Positions 35,620-45,358 of a stretch of DNA of 64,000 nucleotides are shown here, in pieces. A program made the position numbers and the translations under genes. The notes under the pieces are model-generated. The model saw only the letters and a program-made list of their open reading frames with translations. It was not told the origin of the DNA and made no database searches. The DNA lies in the NCBI GenBank assembly GCA_963756545.1, contig CAVWNY010000001.1, positions 594,080 to 658,079 on the forward strand, read 5' to 3'. Position 1 is the first letter of the stretch; every line of letters begins with the position of its first letter. The DNA comes from an uncultured Pseudomonadota bacterium (GTDB lineage: Bacteria > Pseudomonadota > Alphaproteobacteria > Acetobacterales > Acetobacteraceae).

Positions 35620-36422
35620 TGGCAGTCATCCTCGCGGCGCGGCACGTCAGCAAGGCGTTTCCCAGCGGGCGCGGCGTCCCGCTCGTCGTGATCGACGATC
35701 TCTCGTTCGAGGTCGAGGAGGGGGAGCTGATGTGCCTGCTGGGCGCCTCCGGCTGCGGCAAGTCCACCATCCTCAACATGTTCGCCGGCTTTGAGCGGCC
35801 GACCTCGGGCGAGCTCACGCTTCTCGGCCGGCCGATCACCGGCATCGAGCCGCGCTGTGGCATGGTGTTCCAGTCCTATGCGCTGTTCCCATGGAAGACG
35901 GTGCGCGGCAACGTCGAGTTCGGTCTGAAGATGCAGGGCGTGGGTCGCCCCGAACGGCGCCGGCGGACCGACCGCTTCATCGAGATGGTGGATCTCGCGG
36001 GCTTCGAGGACCACTACCCGACGGAGCTTTCCGGCGGGATGCAGCAGCGCGTCACGCTGGCGCGCATCCTCGCCGCCGACCCCGAGGTGCTACTGATGGA
36101 CGAGCCCTTCGCGGCGCTGGACGCGATGACGCGCCAGGTCATGCAGGAGGAGCTGCTGCGCATCCACGCCGCGAGCGGCAAGACCATCTTGTTCATCACC
36201 CACAGCATCGACGAGGCGCTGATCCTGGCCGACCGCATCGTGGTGCTCTCGGCACGGCCGGGGCGGGTGAAGGCGGTGCTGGCGAATCGCCTGCCGGTGC
36301 CGCGCAGCGTCGCGGTCCAGCTCTCGCCCGAATTCGCGGCGCTGAAGGCGCGGGTTTGGGCGGAGGTGGAGGCCGAGGTGCGCCGCCATGCCGCGTCGGC
36401 GCAGATGCAGCAAGGGACCTGA
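35619..36422 (+). CDS. ABC transporter ATP-binding protein
   Basis: ATG 35619 overlaps the permease stop (TGATG). It has Walker A GASGCGKST, the signature LSGGMQQR and Walker B LLMDEP. Confidence 0.85.
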   Translation: MAVILAARHVSKAFPSGRGVPLVVIDDLSFEVEEGELMCLLGASGCGKSTILNMFAGFERPTSGELTLLGRPITGIEPRCGMVFQSYALFPWKTVRGNVEFGLKMQGVGRPERRRRTDRFIEMVDLAGFEDHYPTELSGGMQQRVTLARILAADPEVLLMDEPFAALDAMTRQVMQEELLRIHAASGKTILFITHSIDEALILADRIVVLSARPGRVKAVLANRLPVPRSVAVQLSPEFAALKARVWAEVEAEVRRHAASAQMQQGT

Positions 36423-36426
36423 GCCG

Positions 36427-37584
36427 ATGTCGAAGCACGACTTTCCGGAAGCCGAGTTCCGCGACCGTCAGGAGCGCGTGCGCCGCGCTATCGCCGATGC
36501 GGGGCTGGACTGGCTGCTGGTGATCAATCCGGTGTCGCTGCACTGGCTGATCGGCTCGGACGCCAAGGGCTATACGTCGTTCCAGTGCCTGCCGCTGTCG
36601 GCCAAGCCGGGCAGGCTGGTGATGTTCGCGCGCGAGACCGACCGCAACGAGCTGGAGGACGACACGCTCGCCGACGAGGTGCGCGGCTGGAACGGCCGCG
36701 AGCCGGAGGACCCGATGGAAGCCTTCGGCCGGCTCGTCGCCGATCTCGGACTGCGCAACGCGCGGGTCGGGATGGAGGTGCCCGCCTGGTACCTGCACCC
36801 GCACCACTATCAGCGCATCAAGGCCATGCTGGGCGATGCGCTGGTCGCCGAGCCGAGCACGCTGATCCTCGATCTGAAGCTGGTGAAGTCCGAACGCGAG
36901 CTTGCCTATATCCGGCAGTCCGCGCGGATCGCCGGCGAGGCGCTGGATGCGCTGCTCGGCCGCATCGAGGCGGGGCGCACGGAGCTGGAGCTGGCGGCGG
37001 CGGCCTTCCAGACGCTGTTGTCGGCGGGCAGCGGGCTGCCGGCGAGCACGATGAACCTGGTCACCGGGGAGCGGTGCAGCACCGTCCTCGGCGCCCCCAC
37101 GACGCGGCGCCTGCGCCAGGGCGATCCCGGCCATGTCGAGGTGGCGGCCGCCTGCCGACGCTACACCTCGACCGTCGGCCGCGTCTGGAGCCTGGGCGCG
37201 CCGTCCCGGCGTTTGACCGAGCTACATGGGGTGGTCCGCGCGGCCTCCGACGCCTGCATCGGCGCGATGCGCGACGGCGTCCGGACCACCGTCCCGCACG
37301 AGACGGCGAAGCAGGTGTTCGTGGAGGCCGGGCTCGACCAGTACCGCCAGCACACGACGGGATACGGCATGGCGGCGGGGTTCCCGCCGTCGTGGGGCGA
37401 GCCCGTCAACATGTTCGCCGGCAACGGCTACACGCTGACGGCCGGCATGGTGGTTTCCGTCGAGCCCAACCTGTTCATCCATGCGGAGCGGCTGGGTGTG
37501 CGGCTGATCGACAACGTGCTGATCACCCAGCGCGGCGCCGAGCTGCTCTCGTCGCGCCCCCGCGAGCTTGTCGTCATCTCCTGA
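36427..37584 (+). CDS. M24-fold hydrolase (creatinase / Xaa-Pro peptidase / ectoine-hydrolase-like)
   Basis: ATG 36427 gives MSKHDFPEAEFRDRQERV... It has a creatinase-type N-domain followed by a pita-bread C-domain. The canonical metal-ligand positions appear substituted (see findings). Confidence 0.75.
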   Translation: MSKHDFPEAEFRDRQERVRRAIADAGLDWLLVINPVSLHWLIGSDAKGYTSFQCLPLSAKPGRLVMFARETDRNELEDDTLADEVRGWNGREPEDPMEAFGRLVADLGLRNARVGMEVPAWYLHPHHYQRIKAMLGDALVAEPSTLILDLKLVKSERELAYIRQSARIAGEALDALLGRIEAGRTELELAAAAFQTLLSAGSGLPASTMNLVTGERCSTVLGAPTTRRLRQGDPGHVEVAAACRRYTSTVGRVWSLGAPSRRLTELHGVVRAASDACIGAMRDGVRTTVPHETAKQVFVEAGLDQYRQHTTGYGMAAGFPPSWGEPVNMFAGNGYTLTAGMVVSVEPNLFIHAERLGVRLIDNVLITQRGAELLSSRPRELVVIS

Positions 37585-38882
37585 TGCACACGCCGCAGGA
37601 CGACACGCGCCCGCCACCCGAAGCCTACACGCGCGGCGTCGCCCTGGTTTCCGCCAGCGCTCCCTTGCGCGAGGTCCGCCGGGTCGGGGTCGCGGTGATC
37701 GGCGGCGGTCTGACCGGCCTGTCCGCCGCGCTGCATCTGGCCGAAGCGGGCGCCGACGTTGCCGTGCTGGAAGCCAAGGAGATCGGCTGGGGCGCTTCCG
37801 GCCGGGCCTTCGGGCAGGTCGTGCCGTACCTGAAGCACGACCACGACCGGATCGTCGCGCGCTTCGGCCCGGAGCGTGGGAACCGCCTCATCGATGCCGT
37901 GGCCGCGGGTCCGGACTTCGTGTTCGGGCTGATCGAACGCCACAAGATCGCCTGCGCTGCCGTGCGCACCGGGCTGCTGTTCGCCGCCCACGCGCCGGCC
38001 GGCCGGCGCGCCTTGGAGCGGCGGACGCGCTACTGGGAGGGCCGTGGGGCGCCGGTGCGGATGCTCGACGCCCGCGCCACGCGGGCGGCGATCGGCGGCG
38101 GCGCCTATGAGGCGAGCTGCCTCGACGAGCGCGGCGGCCATATCAATCCGTTCGCCTATACCGCCGGCCTCGCCGGTGCCGCCGCGGCAGCCGGCGCGGC
38201 GATCCACACCGGCAGCCCGGTTCGCTCGGTCGCGCGTGAAAACGGACGATGGCACGTCGAGACCCCGCACGGGGCGCTGCACGCCGAGGCCCTCGTCATC
38301 GGGACCAACGCCTATGCCGATGCGATGTGGCCGGTTATGCGCGAAAGCATTGTCCCGATGCGCGGCCACGCGCTGGTGACCCGGCCGTTGTCCGACAATG
38401 TGCGCGCCGCGATCCTGCCCGGGAGGCAGCCGATGACCGACACGCGCCACCTGTTTTCCGGTGTGCGGCTGCTCGCCGACGGCAGTCTGCACGTCAGCAG
38501 CGACGGACCCGCGTTCGGCCCCGAGGCGGACGCATTCCGGCGCAAGGCGGCCACGCGCGTCGCCAAGCTGTTTCCGTTCGTGGGGACCCCGGACTGGCGG
38601 GAGACATGGAGCGGCTGGGTCGCGATGACTCGCGACCAGTTTCCGCATCTGCACGAGCTCGCCCCCGGGGCGTTCGCGGCCCTCGGCTACAGCGGCCGCG
38701 GCCTGGCGGCGGCATCGCTGGCGGGCCGCGATCTCGCCATGCTGGCCGGCGGTGCCTCCGCGATGACGTTCCCGCTATCCGAGCTGCGCCCAATCCCGGC
38801 GCGCGCGCTCGCGCCAGCATTGCTTGGGGCGGTCCTGCGGTGGTACCGGATTCGGGACCACATGGCGGCACGGCGGGTCTAG
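37584..38882 (+). CDS. FAD-dependent oxidoreductase (DAO/sarcosine-oxidase-beta-like)
   Basis: ATG 37584 overlaps the upstream stop (TGATG). It has the dinucleotide motif VAVIGGGLTGLSAALHLAEAG. Length is 432 aa. The track ORF 36585..38882 is over-extended. Confidence 0.8.
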   Translation: MHTPQDDTRPPPEAYTRGVALVSASAPLREVRRVGVAVIGGGLTGLSAALHLAEAGADVAVLEAKEIGWGASGRAFGQVVPYLKHDHDRIVARFGPERGNRLIDAVAAGPDFVFGLIERHKIACAAVRTGLLFAAHAPAGRRALERRTRYWEGRGAPVRMLDARATRAAIGGGAYEASCLDERGGHINPFAYTAGLAGAAAAAGAAIHTGSPVRSVARENGRWHVETPHGALHAEALVIGTNAYADAMWPVMRESIVPMRGHALVTRPLSDNVRAAILPGRQPMTDTRHLFSGVRLLADGSLHVSSDGPAFGPEADAFRRKAATRVAKLFPFVGTPDWRETWSGWVAMTRDQFPHLHELAPGAFAALGYSGRGLAAASLAGRDLAMLAGGASAMTFPLSELRPIPARALAPALLGAVLRWYRIRDHMAARRV

Positions 38883-38907
38883 TCCAGGGATCGGAGGAGT
38901 CGCCGTC

Positions 38908-39300
38908 TCACCATATCGTTCCGACCCCATAGCCGGCGAACAAGCCGTCATTGGTGATGATCGGCACGCCGAGCCGCTTGGCCTGCGCGATCAACATGCG
39001 GTCCATCGGATCCTTGTGCAGCGCGGGCAGGCGGTTGGCCTCCTCCGCGTCGTCCCAGGTCAGCGGCACCGGCTCGAAGCCTTGCCGCAACAGCGTGCCG
39101 GCAAGCCCCCCGGCGCCCCAGTCATGAGGCAGCTTGCCAATGCTGGTCTTGCGCGCGATTTCCCAGAGAGTGATCGCGGATACTCCGACCGCACCCCGCC
39201 GCATGACCTCGTCCGCCGACCGGCTCATGACGCGCGCCGGGTCCGGCTCGCTCAGGAAAGCGATGACGGCGCAGGCATCCGCGAGGTGGCTGACACTCAC
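38908..39300 (-). CDS. vapC: type II toxin, PIN-domain VapC family
   Basis: GTG 39300 overlaps the antitoxin stop as GTGA, giving 130 aa. Motifs ITLWEIARK and HKDPMDRMLIAQA are typical of PIN toxins. Confidence 0.75.
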   Translation of the reverse strand: MSVSHLADACAVIAFLSEPDPARVMSRSADEVMRRGAVGVSAITLWEIARKTSIGKLPHDWGAGGLAGTLLRQGFEPVPLTWDDAEEANRLPALHKDPMDRMLIAQAKRLGVPIITNDGLFAGYGVGTIW

Positions 39301-39545
39301 TCCCAGCCCTCCTCGGCCATCTCGGCGTCGCTCATGGGCGCGAACACGGCCGGGTCGAACCGAAACTCCCGCCAAGCCGGCAGGCGGCGCAGCACGCCCG
39401 GCTCGCGCCGGACCGGCGGCGCGGCGGATGTCAGCCGCGCGACGTGATGGCCGTTACGGGCGATGATCACGTCCTCGCCTTGCTCGACCAAAGCAAGCAG
39501 GGCCGACAGCCGCGTCTTCGCCTCATGCACGTTGACGGTTTTCAT
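39297..39545 (-). CDS. type II antitoxin, Phd/YefM family
   Basis: 82 aa. It starts MKTVNVHEAKTRLSALLALVEQGEDVIIARNGHHVARL. Confidence 0.8.
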   Translation of the reverse strand: MKTVNVHEAKTRLSALLALVEQGEDVIIARNGHHVARLTSAAPPVRREPGVLRRLPAWREFRFDPAVFAPMSDAEMAEEGWE

Positions 39546-39594
39546 GACCTGATCCAGCCTAGTTTAGCCAAAGCTAGACCATTCCCTATTCTCG

Positions 39595-40434
39595 TCAAGC
39601 CCCTGCCGGCGTCTCCCCCGCCAGGGTGATTCGGTGCATGACGCGGCGGAACCCGTGATAGTCGTTGACCGGATTGTGCTGGGCGCAGCGGTTGTCCCAG
39701 AACGCCAGCGCGCCGGGGCTCCAGCGGAAGCGGCAGGTGAACTCCGGGCGGACCTGGTGGCGGAACAGGAAGCCGAGGATCGGTGCGCTCTCCTCCTCTG
39801 TCATGCCGTCGAAACGGGCGGTATGGGCGACGTTCACATAAAGCGCCTTGCGTCCGGTCTCGGGGTGCGTGCGGACCACCGGATGCGTCGCCTCCAGCGG
39901 CGCGCGCGCGGTGCCATCCGAGCGGAGGCGATCCTCGCGCGTGCGGGTGACGTCCGCCTTGGCTGAACTGCTGACAGCACGGAGCGGCGCGAGCATCGCC
40001 TTCATGCCGTCGGACAATGTCTCCCATGCCAGGTACTGGTTGGCGAACAGCGTGTCCCCGCCGTGCGGCGGCAGCTCGCGGGCGACCAGCATCGAGCCCA
40101 TCGGTGGCTGGGCGAGATAGGTCGTGTCGGAGTGCCAAATCCCGCCGAAGTTGACGGTCTCGTGCTCCAGCTTGGCGACCTGGATCACTTCCGGAAAGCC
40201 GTCGATGCCCCTGATGAAGGGGTATTCGATCGGCTGGCCGAATCGCCGAGCGAAGGCCAGGAAGCGATCGGGCGGCAGGTGCTGGTCGCGAAAGAAGATC
40301 ACAAGGTGATCGAGCAACGCCTGACGGATGGCGCGGACGGTGTCCTCGGGCAGATCGTGGTCGAGGTCAATTCCGTGCAGCTCGGCGCCGATCGCGCCGG
40401 CGATGGGGCGGACCTCGAACGGTGCGTTGCGCAT
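39595..40434 (-). CDS. tauD: TauD/TfdA-family Fe(II)/2OG dioxygenase (taurine dioxygenase-like)
   Basis: ATG 40434 gives 279 aa. It has WHSDTTY (HxD), FWDNRCAQH and RVMHR. The track ORF is over-extended to 40968. Confidence 0.85.
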   Translation of the reverse strand: MRNAPFEVRPIAGAIGAELHGIDLDHDLPEDTVRAIRQALLDHLVIFFRDQHLPPDRFLAFARRFGQPIEYPFIRGIDGFPEVIQVAKLEHETVNFGGIWHSDTTYLAQPPMGSMLVARELPPHGGDTLFANQYLAWETLSDGMKAMLAPLRAVSSSAKADVTRTREDRLRSDGTARAPLEATHPVVRTHPETGRKALYVNVAHTARFDGMTEEESAPILGFLFRHQVRPEFTCRFRWSPGALAFWDNRCAQHNPVNDYHGFRRVMHRITLAGETPAGA

Positions 40435-40460
40435 GGCGCTCTCCTCTGGGTGCGGCGAAC

Positions 40461-41744
40461 CTAGCCCAGCAGCCCGGCCCCGGAGAAGCCGCCGAACACG
40501 CCGAGCGCGCAAGTGACGGCGGCGACCGCGAGCACCACCCAGAGATACGATCCGCGCAGCCGCTGGGCGGCCGGCAGCGTCCGGCAGGCGAGCGCGATGA
40601 GGAACCCGAGCACGAGCGGCAGCAGCAGCGCGTTCATCACCTGCACGCCGACGTTCAGCGACACGAGGTTGGGCCACAGCCCCACCACGACGCAGCCGCC
40701 GACGACCGAGGCCGCATAGACGCCGTAGAACCACCGCGCCTGCAACGGCCGGTACTCGAGCGAGCGGCGATAACCCGTCACCTCGCCCAGCCCCCAGGCG
40801 AAGGCGAGCGAGGCGACGATCGCGGCGACCATGCCGGCGCCGAGCACGCCGGCGCCAAAGACGGCGTTGCCGAAGGCGGTCCCGAGGAACGGCGTCAGCG
40901 CCTGGGCCATCTCGCCCACCGTGGACAGCGTGGCGTTGGGCGAGGTCTGCCCGATGGTCGCGGCGCACGCGACCAGCACGGCCGCCATAACGAGTTGCGT
41001 GACCACGGCGCCGATCGCGGTGTCCCAGCGCGCCGCCGCGACGTGCTCAGGGCGCAGCTTCTTATCGGCGATGGCCGACTGCTGGTAGAACACCATCCAC
41101 GGCATGATGACCGCGCCGATATTGGCCGCCGCGAGATAGAGGTATTCCTTGTTCGCGAAGGGAATGTCCAATGCCCCGGCCAGCATGGCGCGCGGGCCGG
41201 GATGGGCTTCCCAGGCGATGAAGAAGAAGGCCATTTCGAACAGGCCGACCGCGATGGCAGCGCGCTCCACCCGACGATAGGAGCCGGTCAGCACGACGGC
41301 GAGCAGCGCAATTGCCGCGATCGGCAGGCTGCCCCAGCGGGGGATGCCGTACAGCTCCCCCACTCCGGCGACGCCGGAGAACTCGGTCAGCAGCGCGCCG
41401 ATGGTAGCGACCCCGAGGCCAGCCGCCGAGACCCAGGCCCAGAAGCGCCCGAACGTGTCGCGGATCAGCTCGCCGTGCCCGCGCCCGGTGAAGATGCCGA
41501 GGCGGACCGTCAGCTCCTGGACCATGAACAGGATCGGCATGAGCACGAACTGGAGCAGCAGCAGCCGGTAGCCCCACTGCACCCCGGACTGCCCGGCGGT
41601 GATGACGCTGCCAACGTCGGTATCGGCCAGCATGACGACGATGCCCGGTCCGACGACCGCCAGGAAGCGCGCGAGCCGGCCGCCCCGCGGGGTGCGTGCG
41701 GGGCGCCGGTCCGTCTGCGGGGAGGGATTGTGCGCCGCGCTCAT
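40461..41744 (-). CDS. mntH: NRAMP-family divalent metal (Mn2+/Fe2+) transporter
   Basis: Probable ATG 41744 (MSAAHNPS...). It is multi-TM, with VGPGIVVMLADTDVGSV and AANIGAVIMPWMVFYQQS blocks. Confidence 0.85.
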   Translation of the reverse strand: MSAAHNPSPQTDRRPARTPRGGRLARFLAVVGPGIVVMLADTDVGSVITAGQSGVQWGYRLLLLQFVLMPILFMVQELTVRLGIFTGRGHGELIRDTFGRFWAWVSAAGLGVATIGALLTEFSGVAGVGELYGIPRWGSLPIAAIALLAVVLTGSYRRVERAAIAVGLFEMAFFFIAWEAHPGPRAMLAGALDIPFANKEYLYLAAANIGAVIMPWMVFYQQSAIADKKLRPEHVAAARWDTAIGAVVTQLVMAAVLVACAATIGQTSPNATLSTVGEMAQALTPFLGTAFGNAVFGAGVLGAGMVAAIVASLAFAWGLGEVTGYRRSLEYRPLQARWFYGVYAASVVGGCVVVGLWPNLVSLNVGVQVMNALLLPLVLGFLIALACRTLPAAQRLRGSYLWVVLAVAAVTCALGVFGGFSGAGLLG

Positions 41745-41774
41745 GTCGCCGGTGTGCCCTCCGGGTCGAGGCGA

Positions 41775-41791
41775 TTGCGAGGCATTCGCAA
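41775..41791. promoter_or_regulatory. 17-bp palindrome upstream of mntH (candidate Fur/Mur-type operator)
   Basis: TTGCGAggcatTCGCAA is a perfect 6-bp inverted repeat with AT-flanks (gATTGCGA...TCGCAAATc). It lies ~30 nt upstream of the mntH ATG in the mntH/cysS divergent region. Confidence 0.3.
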
Positions 41792-41910
41792 ATCCCGGGG
41801 CGAGATAGCCGGGACGGCTCTCGGATGTCAACGTTCCCGCCAACAACCCTGCCATAACCCCGGTGATAGCCCCTGGCGCAGGAAGGCGTCCCGCGTATAA
41901 CCGGGCGGGT

Positions 41911-43260
41911 ATGCGCGACTTTCATCTGCACAACAGCCTTTCCCGCCGGCGGGAGAGATTCGTCCCGCTCGATCCGGCCCATGTGCGGGTGTACGTGTGC
42001 GGACCGACGGTGTACGACCTCGCCCATGTCGGCAACGCGCGTCCGGTGGTGGTGTTCGACGTCCTGCGGCGGCTGCTGGGCCGGCTGTTCCCGCGCGTCA
42101 CATACGTCCGCAACATCACCGACATCGACGACAAGATCAACGCGCGCGCGCTGGAGTCGGGCGAGCCGATCGGGGCGATCACGGTGCGCACCGCGGCCGA
42201 CTTCCAGGCCGACATGGCGGCCCTCGGCGCATTGCCCCCGGACGAGGAGCCGCGCGCGACCGCGCACATCGGCGAGATGGTTGCGCTGATCGAATCCCTG
42301 GTCGCCTCCGGCCACGCCTACGTGGCCGAGGGCCATGTGCTGTTCGCGGTCGCGAGCTTTGCCGAATACGGACGCCTTTCGGGCCGCAGCCCCGACGAAT
42401 TGCTGGCCGGCGCGCGCATCGACGTGGCGCCCTACAAGCGCGACCCCGGCGACTTCGTGCTGTGGAAGCCCTCGCCGCCCGAGTTGCCGGGCTGGGACAG
42501 CCCCTGGGGGCGCGGCCGGCCGGGCTGGCATATCGAGTGCAGCGCGATGTCCTGGCGCTATCTCGGCACGGATTTCGACATCCACGGCGGCGGGCAGGAT
42601 CTCATCTTCCCGCACCATGAGAACGAGCTGGCGCAGAGCGTCTGCGCCTTCCCCGGCAGCCATTTCGCCCGGTACTGGATGCACAACGGGATGCTGGTGG
42701 TGAACGGCGAGAAGATGTCGAAAAGCCTCGGCAACTTCTTCACCGTCCGCGAGCTGCTGGAAAAGGCGCCGGGCGAGGCGATCCGCCTGCTGCTGCTGCG
42801 CACGCACTACCGCGCCCCGCTCGACTTCACCGACGCCGGACTGGGCGAGGCGCGGCGGGAGCTGGATCGGCTGTATCGCGCGCTGGAGCGCCATCCGGGA
42901 GTGGAAACCGGGGCACCTGATGGCGTGATCGAAGCCTTGTGCGACGATCTAAATACGCCGCTCGCCCTCGCCACGCTGCATGGTCTCGCCGATCGCGCGT
43001 TTGCGGGCGACGCGGCGGCGGCGGCGGACCTGCGCGCCGGCGGCGCCGTGCTCGGGCTGCTTGGCGCCGACCCGGCTTCGTGGTTCCAGGGCGGCGTGCA
43101 GGATACGGCTGCCATTGAGGCCGCCATCGCGGCGCGCCAAGCCGCGCGCCAAGCCCGCGATTTCGCCCGCGCCGATGCAATCCGCGCGGGGTTGGCGGCA
43201 ACGGGGATCGTGCTGGAGGACACCGCCGGCGGCACGACCTGGCGGCGCGCCTCGACGTGA
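41911..43260 (+). CDS. cysS: cysteine--tRNA ligase
   Basis: ATG 41911. It has the HIGH-type motif LAHVGNAR and KMSKSLGN. Length is 449 aa. Confidence 0.95.
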   Translation: MRDFHLHNSLSRRRERFVPLDPAHVRVYVCGPTVYDLAHVGNARPVVVFDVLRRLLGRLFPRVTYVRNITDIDDKINARALESGEPIGAITVRTAADFQADMAALGALPPDEEPRATAHIGEMVALIESLVASGHAYVAEGHVLFAVASFAEYGRLSGRSPDELLAGARIDVAPYKRDPGDFVLWKPSPPELPGWDSPWGRGRPGWHIECSAMSWRYLGTDFDIHGGGQDLIFPHHENELAQSVCAFPGSHFARYWMHNGMLVVNGEKMSKSLGNFFTVRELLEKAPGEAIRLLLLRTHYRAPLDFTDAGLGEARRELDRLYRALERHPGVETGAPDGVIEALCDDLNTPLALATLHGLADRAFAGDAAAAADLRAGGAVLGLLGADPASWFQGGVQDTAAIEAAIAARQAARQARDFARADAIRAGLAATGIVLEDTAGGTTWRRAST

Positions 43261-44048
43261 CCGGGCGCGACGGCGGGGCCGATCTCGCGCCGATCGGCAA
43301 CGCCCCGGTCGTGGTGCTGGTGCGCCCGCAGCTCGCCGACAACATCGGCGCCTGCGCCCGCGCGATGGCCAATGGCGGGCTGTTCCATCTGCGCCTGGTC
43401 GCCCCGCGCGACGGCTGGCCGCAGGGGAAGGCGTGGCGGACCTCCTCCGGGGCCGACCGCATCCTGGACGCGGCGAGCGTCCACCCGAACGTCGAGGACG
43501 CCGTCGCCGACCTGCACCACGTCCTCGCCACCTGTCCGCGCCCGCGCCACGTCATCAAGCCGGTGCTGACCGCGCGCGGCGCGGCGGCGGAGTTGCGCGC
43601 GATCTGCGACCGCGATCTTCGCGCCGGCATCCTGTTCGGGCCGGAGCGCGCCGGCCTCGACAACGACGACATGGCGCACGCCGACGCGCTCGTGCGCTTC
43701 CCGCTCAACCCCGGCTTCCTGTCGCTCAATCTCGCGCAGGCCGTGATGGTCACGGCCTACGAGTGGTGGATCGCCACCGACGCGACACCGCCGCGCGCGC
43801 TCATGACGAACGAGACGCGGGTGGCGACGAAGGCCGAGCTGGAAAACTTCCTGACGCACCTCATCGGCCAGCTCGACGAATGCGGCTTCCTGCGGAACCC
43901 GCCGAAGCGCCCCGGCATGGTCCGCAACATCCGCCACCTGTTCGAGCGCGGCGAGGTGACGGAGCAGGAGCTGCGGACCTTGCACGGCATCGTCACCGAA
44001 CTGGCGCACGGCCGCCGCCAGCTCGGCCGCCCGGAGGACAGCGCGTGA
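43257..44048 (+). CDS. SpoU/TrmH-family RNA methyltransferase (TrmJ-like)
   Basis: GTG 43257 overlaps the cysS stop as GTGA. It has the blocks [27 protein letters not shown] and SLNLAQAV. Confidence 0.8.
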   Translation: MTGRDGGADLAPIGNAPVVVLVRPQLADNIGACARAMANGGLFHLRLVAPRDGWPQGKAWRTSSGADRILDAASVHPNVEDAVADLHHVLATCPRPRHVIKPVLTARGAAAELRAICDRDLRAGILFGPERAGLDNDDMAHADALVRFPLNPGFLSLNLAQAVMVTAYEWWIATDATPPRALMTNETRVATKAELENFLTHLIGQLDECGFLRNPPKRPGMVRNIRHLFERGEVTEQELRTLHGIVTELAHGRRQLGRPEDSA

Positions 44049-45313
44049 CGCAATCCCACGTCGTCGTCATCGGCGCCGGCATCGTCGGCGCGGCGAGCGC
44101 GGTCGAACTGCTGCGCGACGGGCACCGTGTCAGCATCCTCGACCCCGGCGAGCCGGGGGGCGAGCAGGCGGCGAGCTTCGGCAATGGGTGCTGGCTCTCG
44201 CCCAGCTCGGTCGTGCCGATGTCGGCGCCGGGCATCTGGCGCAAGGTGCCGGGCTGGCTCGCCGATCCGCTCGGGCCGCTCACGATCCGCTGGCGGTATT
44301 TGCCGCGCATGGCGTCCTGGCTCGCGCGCTTCCTCGCCGCCGGCGCGACCGAGGCGAAGGTCGCCGCGACCGCGCGCGCGTTGCGCCCGCTGGTGGCGGG
44401 GGCGCCCGAGCGCCATCTGCGGCTGGCCGAGGAGGCCGGCGTGGGCGAGCTGATCCAGCGCACCGGGCTGCTGTACGTGTTCCCCTCGCGCGCCGACTTC
44501 GAGGCGGAAGCGCTGGCTTGGCGTGTGCGCCAAGACGCGGGCGTGCGCTGGATCGAGCTGGGCGAGGACGAGCTGCGCCAGCGCGAGCCCGCGATCGACC
44601 GGCGCTACCGCTTCGGGCTGCTGGTCGAGGAGGGCGGGCACTGCCGCGACCCCGGCGCCTATGTCGCCGCGCTGGTGCGCCACGCCCAGGCGCTCGGGGC
44701 GGAGCGGCACACCGCGCGCGCCACCGGGTTCCGCATCGAGGCCGGGCGGCTCCGCGCGGTGCGGACCGAGGCCGGCGAGATCGAATGCGACAAGGCGGTG
44801 ATCGCCGCCGGCGCGCGGTCCCGCGCGCTGGCCGCCGCCGCCGGCGATCGGGTGCCGCTGGAGAGCGAGCGCGGCTATCACGCGACGATCAAGCTGCCGG
44901 AGATCGCGCCGCGCCTGCCGGTGATGCCGAGCGACGGCAAGATGTCGATCACCCACATGGCGGGGGGGCTTCGCATCGCCGGGCAGGTAGAGCTGGCGGG
45001 GCTGGAGGCCGCGCCGAATTGGCGCCGGGCGGAGATTTTGCGCGATTTCGCGGTGCGGCTGTTCCCCGGCCTGCCGCGTGAGATTCCCGTTGGACGCGTA
45101 AGCTTCTGGATGGGACATCGCCCGTCGATGCCCGACAGCCTGCCTTGCATCGGCCCCGCGTCCGCCACGGCCGACATCGTCCACGCGTTCGGACACGGCC
45201 ATATCGGCTTGGCGGCGGGCGCGACGACGGGCCGGCTGGTGGCCGATCTCGTCAGCGGCCGGTCGCCCGCCTTCGAGGCGCGCCCGTACCGTGCCCAGCG
45301 GTTCGCTCGGTGA
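44045..45313 (+). CDS. FAD-dependent oxidoreductase (D-amino-acid dehydrogenase-like)
   Basis: GTG 44045 overlaps the upstream stop as GTGA. It has HVVVIGAGIVGAASAVEL. Length is 422 aa. The track ORF 42980..45313 is over-extended. Confidence 0.8.
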   Translation: MTQSHVVVIGAGIVGAASAVELLRDGHRVSILDPGEPGGEQAASFGNGCWLSPSSVVPMSAPGIWRKVPGWLADPLGPLTIRWRYLPRMASWLARFLAAGATEAKVAATARALRPLVAGAPERHLRLAEEAGVGELIQRTGLLYVFPSRADFEAEALAWRVRQDAGVRWIELGEDELRQREPAIDRRYRFGLLVEEGGHCRDPGAYVAALVRHAQALGAERHTARATGFRIEAGRLRAVRTEAGEIECDKAVIAAGARSRALAAAAGDRVPLESERGYHATIKLPEIAPRLPVMPSDGKMSITHMAGGLRIAGQVELAGLEAAPNWRRAEILRDFAVRLFPGLPREIPVGRVSFWMGHRPSMPDSLPCIGPASATADIVHAFGHGHIGLAAGATTGRLVADLVSGRSPAFEARPYRAQRFAR

Positions 45314-45358
45314 CGGGGTTACTGTTCGAGTGACTCGCAATCAACGAAACCCGACCGC

